A stretch of 36,462 nucleotides of DNA from an uncultured Anaerolineales bacterium (GTDB lineage: Bacteria; Planctomycetota; Phycisphaerae; FEN-1346): assembly GCA_964354185.1 (NCBI GenBank), contig CAYGZE010000002.1:1-36462 (forward strand), given 5' to 3'. Of this stretch, positions 34,967 through 36,462 are shown one piece after another. Position numbers and translations under genes: made by a program. Position 1 is the stretch's first letter, and the number at the start of each line of letters is the position of its first letter. The notes below the pieces were generated by a model. The model was given only the letters and a program-made list of their open reading frames with translations. It searched no databases and was not told the DNA's origin.

Positions 34967-36462
34967 TTACATATAGACCTTCTCGTAGAGGGCGCCATTG
35001 GTGCCGCGCGCAAAGAGCTCGATCACACCAGCAGTCGGTGACGTCGCAGCGGGTGACGAGGTCACCTGCCCGCCGAGGGATTTCCAGCCGGACCACGCGT
35101 TAGTCCACGTGTTCTGATACACGGCGCCGTTCGTCGGTTGTACGTTCGTGCCTTGTATAAAGACGTCTTCACGAGCTGTGCCCCATGAGCTGAGCGCCGG
35201 TCCGGTATTCGCTTGAATCCCCCCGCCGAGGCTGGCCCAGGGGTTCCACGTCGGAGAGACATATGCCCTGTAATAGTCGGCGCCGTTCGAACCGCGGGCA
35301 TGGACGTCGATAAGACCCGTCCCCCGCGATACGGCTCCGGGTGACGAGGTCAGGTAGCCACCGAGATTTTCCCAGCCAGCATGGCCCGTCCACGAGTGGT
35401 AGAGCTGGTGGTTCGTGCCGATGACAAACCAGCCGGTCCGGGCGGTTCCCCAGTCGTAAGCGGCAGGGCTCGTGCCGGCAAGGAGCTGCCCGCCGAGGCT
35501 GGTCCACCCGCCCCAGATGCCTCCCGCGTAGTGCTTCGTGTAGAGAGCGCCGTTACTGCCGCGGGCATAGACGTCAATCACGCCACTATCCGGTGACGTC
35601 GCGGCGGGTGAGGACGTTAGGTACCCACCGAGGGGTGTCCAGCCACTGCCCGTCGACCAATAGAGTTGGTGGTTTGTGCCGATGACAAAACAGCCGGTCG
35701 TCGATCCCGAGGTGTACGCGGCAGGGCTCGTACCGGCGAGAATCTGCCCGCCGAGGTTGGTCCAAGCGCCCCAGGCGCCCGATTGAGTGCCTGTGAACGC
35801 TTTAATACATATGTTCAAGGTACTATCAACGGTCGTTGCATCTTGCCACCCAGTTCCGTCTGAGCTGAAATAACTCTGTCCAGGCGATGCAGTGGCAGCG
35901 CTCGAGTATCCGGCCAGGGCGTACTCGGATGCTATCGGCCAAGCGTAGCTAGGATTGGTGTACTTGACGACGACTGAGAATGTCTGTCCAGAGCTGAGCG
36001 AAACGGGCGTCGTCAGTTTGACCGTGTGGTATCCTGGCGTCGAGAACGTGCCGGTCGGGCCGACATGTTGCGTTCCGCTTGTCGGGCCTGAGGTTGCATC
36101 GGTGTAGATGTACACTTGGTACTGCGTGTTCACGTCGTTCGTGTAGAAGCTCACTGCGGTGAGGGGTTTAGCGCTGCTATCGGCAGTAAAAACGTTCGCC
36201 CCCCACGCGGTTGTAGTAGTTCCGCCGTAGCCCAAATCTGTAACCCAGCCTAGTGGATCGTACTGGTACCCTGCGGCGTAGTTGGACGCGGGCTCGCCCG
36301 TAAACGATGTCGCTTGGGTAATCGAAGTGTCGTAGTACGAGAGGTAGAAGTACCCCCCATCGCCCCACGACGTTCCCCAGCTGTTCTTTACAATAAATGC
36401 ACCATTTCCGGGCGGGGCTCCCGCATAGCCGCGGAAGTTGCTTGCGGCATAATTGTCGTCCC
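34967..36462 (-). CDS. Papain-family (C1) cysteine peptidase C-terminal part + beta-rich lectin-like domain + six-bladed PLL/DUF346-like propeller (5' end off-window)
   Basis: The frame stays open from TTG 36235 to the window edge and reads '...GAFIVKNSWGTSWGDGGYFYLSYYD...', the C1 peptidase NSWG..WG..GY motif. About 150 aa of beta-rich sequence follow, then six repeats with 'W..LGG.L.S.PAA' and 'ARG(S/T)NGALY' / 'VIGTNHQLY'. Confidence 0.85.
   Translation of the reverse strand, partial: DDNYAASNFRGYAGAPPGNGAFIVKNSWGTSWGDGGYFYLSYYDTSITQATSFTGEPASNYAAGYQYDPLGWVTDLGYGGTTTTAWGANVFTADSSAKPLTAVSFYTNDVNTQYQVYIYTDATSGPTSGTQHVGPTGTFSTPGYHTVKLTTPVSLSSGQTFSVVVKYTNPSYAWPIASEYALAGYSSAATASPGQSYFSSDGTGWQDATTVDSTLNICIKAFTGTQSGAWGAWTNLGGQILAGTSPAAYTSGSTTGCFVIGTNHQLYWSTGSGWTPLGGYLTSSPAATSPDSGVIDVYARGSNGALYTKHYAGGIWGGWTSLGGQLLAGTSPAAYDWGTARTGWFVIGTNHQLYHSWTGHAGWENLGGYLTSSPGAVSRGTGLIDVHARGSNGADYYRAYVSPTWNPWASLGGGIQANTGPALSSWGTAREDVFIQGTNVQPTNGAVYQNTWTNAWSGWKSLGGQVTSSPAATSPTAGVIELFARGTNGALYEKVYM
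35228..35752. repeat. Tandem two-blade duplication (about 258-267 bp units) within the propeller coding region
   Basis: Unit A (35495-35752, aa 'GGQILAGTSPAAY...WGGWTSL') and unit B (35228-35494, 'GGQLLAGTSPAAY...NPWASL') are visibly similar at the DNA level, for example 'gtgccgatgacaaa(a/c)cagccggtc'. Confidence 0.8.

Noticed and set aside
35062-35863. Arg/Pro/Ala-rich ORFs on both strands inside the propeller gene (e.g. 35169..35507, 35381..35596, 35666..35863)
   Set aside because: They are alternative-frame artefacts of a GC-rich repetitive CDS. The propeller frame has clear repeat motifs and the others do not.
1-36462. Mobile-element hallmarks (transposase, integrase, terminal inverted repeats, tRNA-flanked island) and CRISPR arrays
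   Set aside because: None of the ORFs resembles a transposase, integrase or Cas protein. No long inverted or direct terminal repeats, or regularly spaced repeats, were seen when reading the spacers.

Overview
This 36.5-kb window is mostly a cell-surface glycan biosynthesis island of the O-antigen or S-layer-glycan type. All calls come from reading the translations and DNA by eye; no database search was possible. Intact genes: eight glycosyltransferases (two GT2, four GT4, one DUF1972-type GT4, one GT-A-like), a Wzx-type flippase, a 732-aa DUF2206-like polytopic membrane protein, six class-I SAM methyltransferases, and nucleotide-sugar genes (rfbF, galU, a UDP-glucuronate-decarboxylase-like SDR, a second SDR epimerase, a Gfo/Idh/MocA oxidoreductase). 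A GT39/ArnT-like gene is split by a 1-nt frameshift. Several long spacers hold decayed fragments of paralogues of neighbouring genes: two GT4 relics, one methyltransferase relic, and one GT39 5' fragment fused tail-to-tail to the end of rfbF. The right-hand third looks clearly more GC-rich by eye. It encodes two beta-propeller repeat proteins (PLL/DUF346-like or tectonin-like). One has a signal peptide. The other is the C-terminal part of a papain-family (C1) peptidase whose 5' end runs off the window. The main speculative idea is a functional link between the methyltransferase-rich glycan locus and these lectin-like propellers, because characterised members of such propeller families bind methylated or deoxy sugars. 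No rRNA, tRNA, CRISPR array, transposase or integrase was recognised. Host is probably archaeal (DUF2206-type protein, polyprenyl-phosphate GT2, AT-rich TATA-like boxes, mixed SD and leaderless-like starts, low coding density), but this is not proven.
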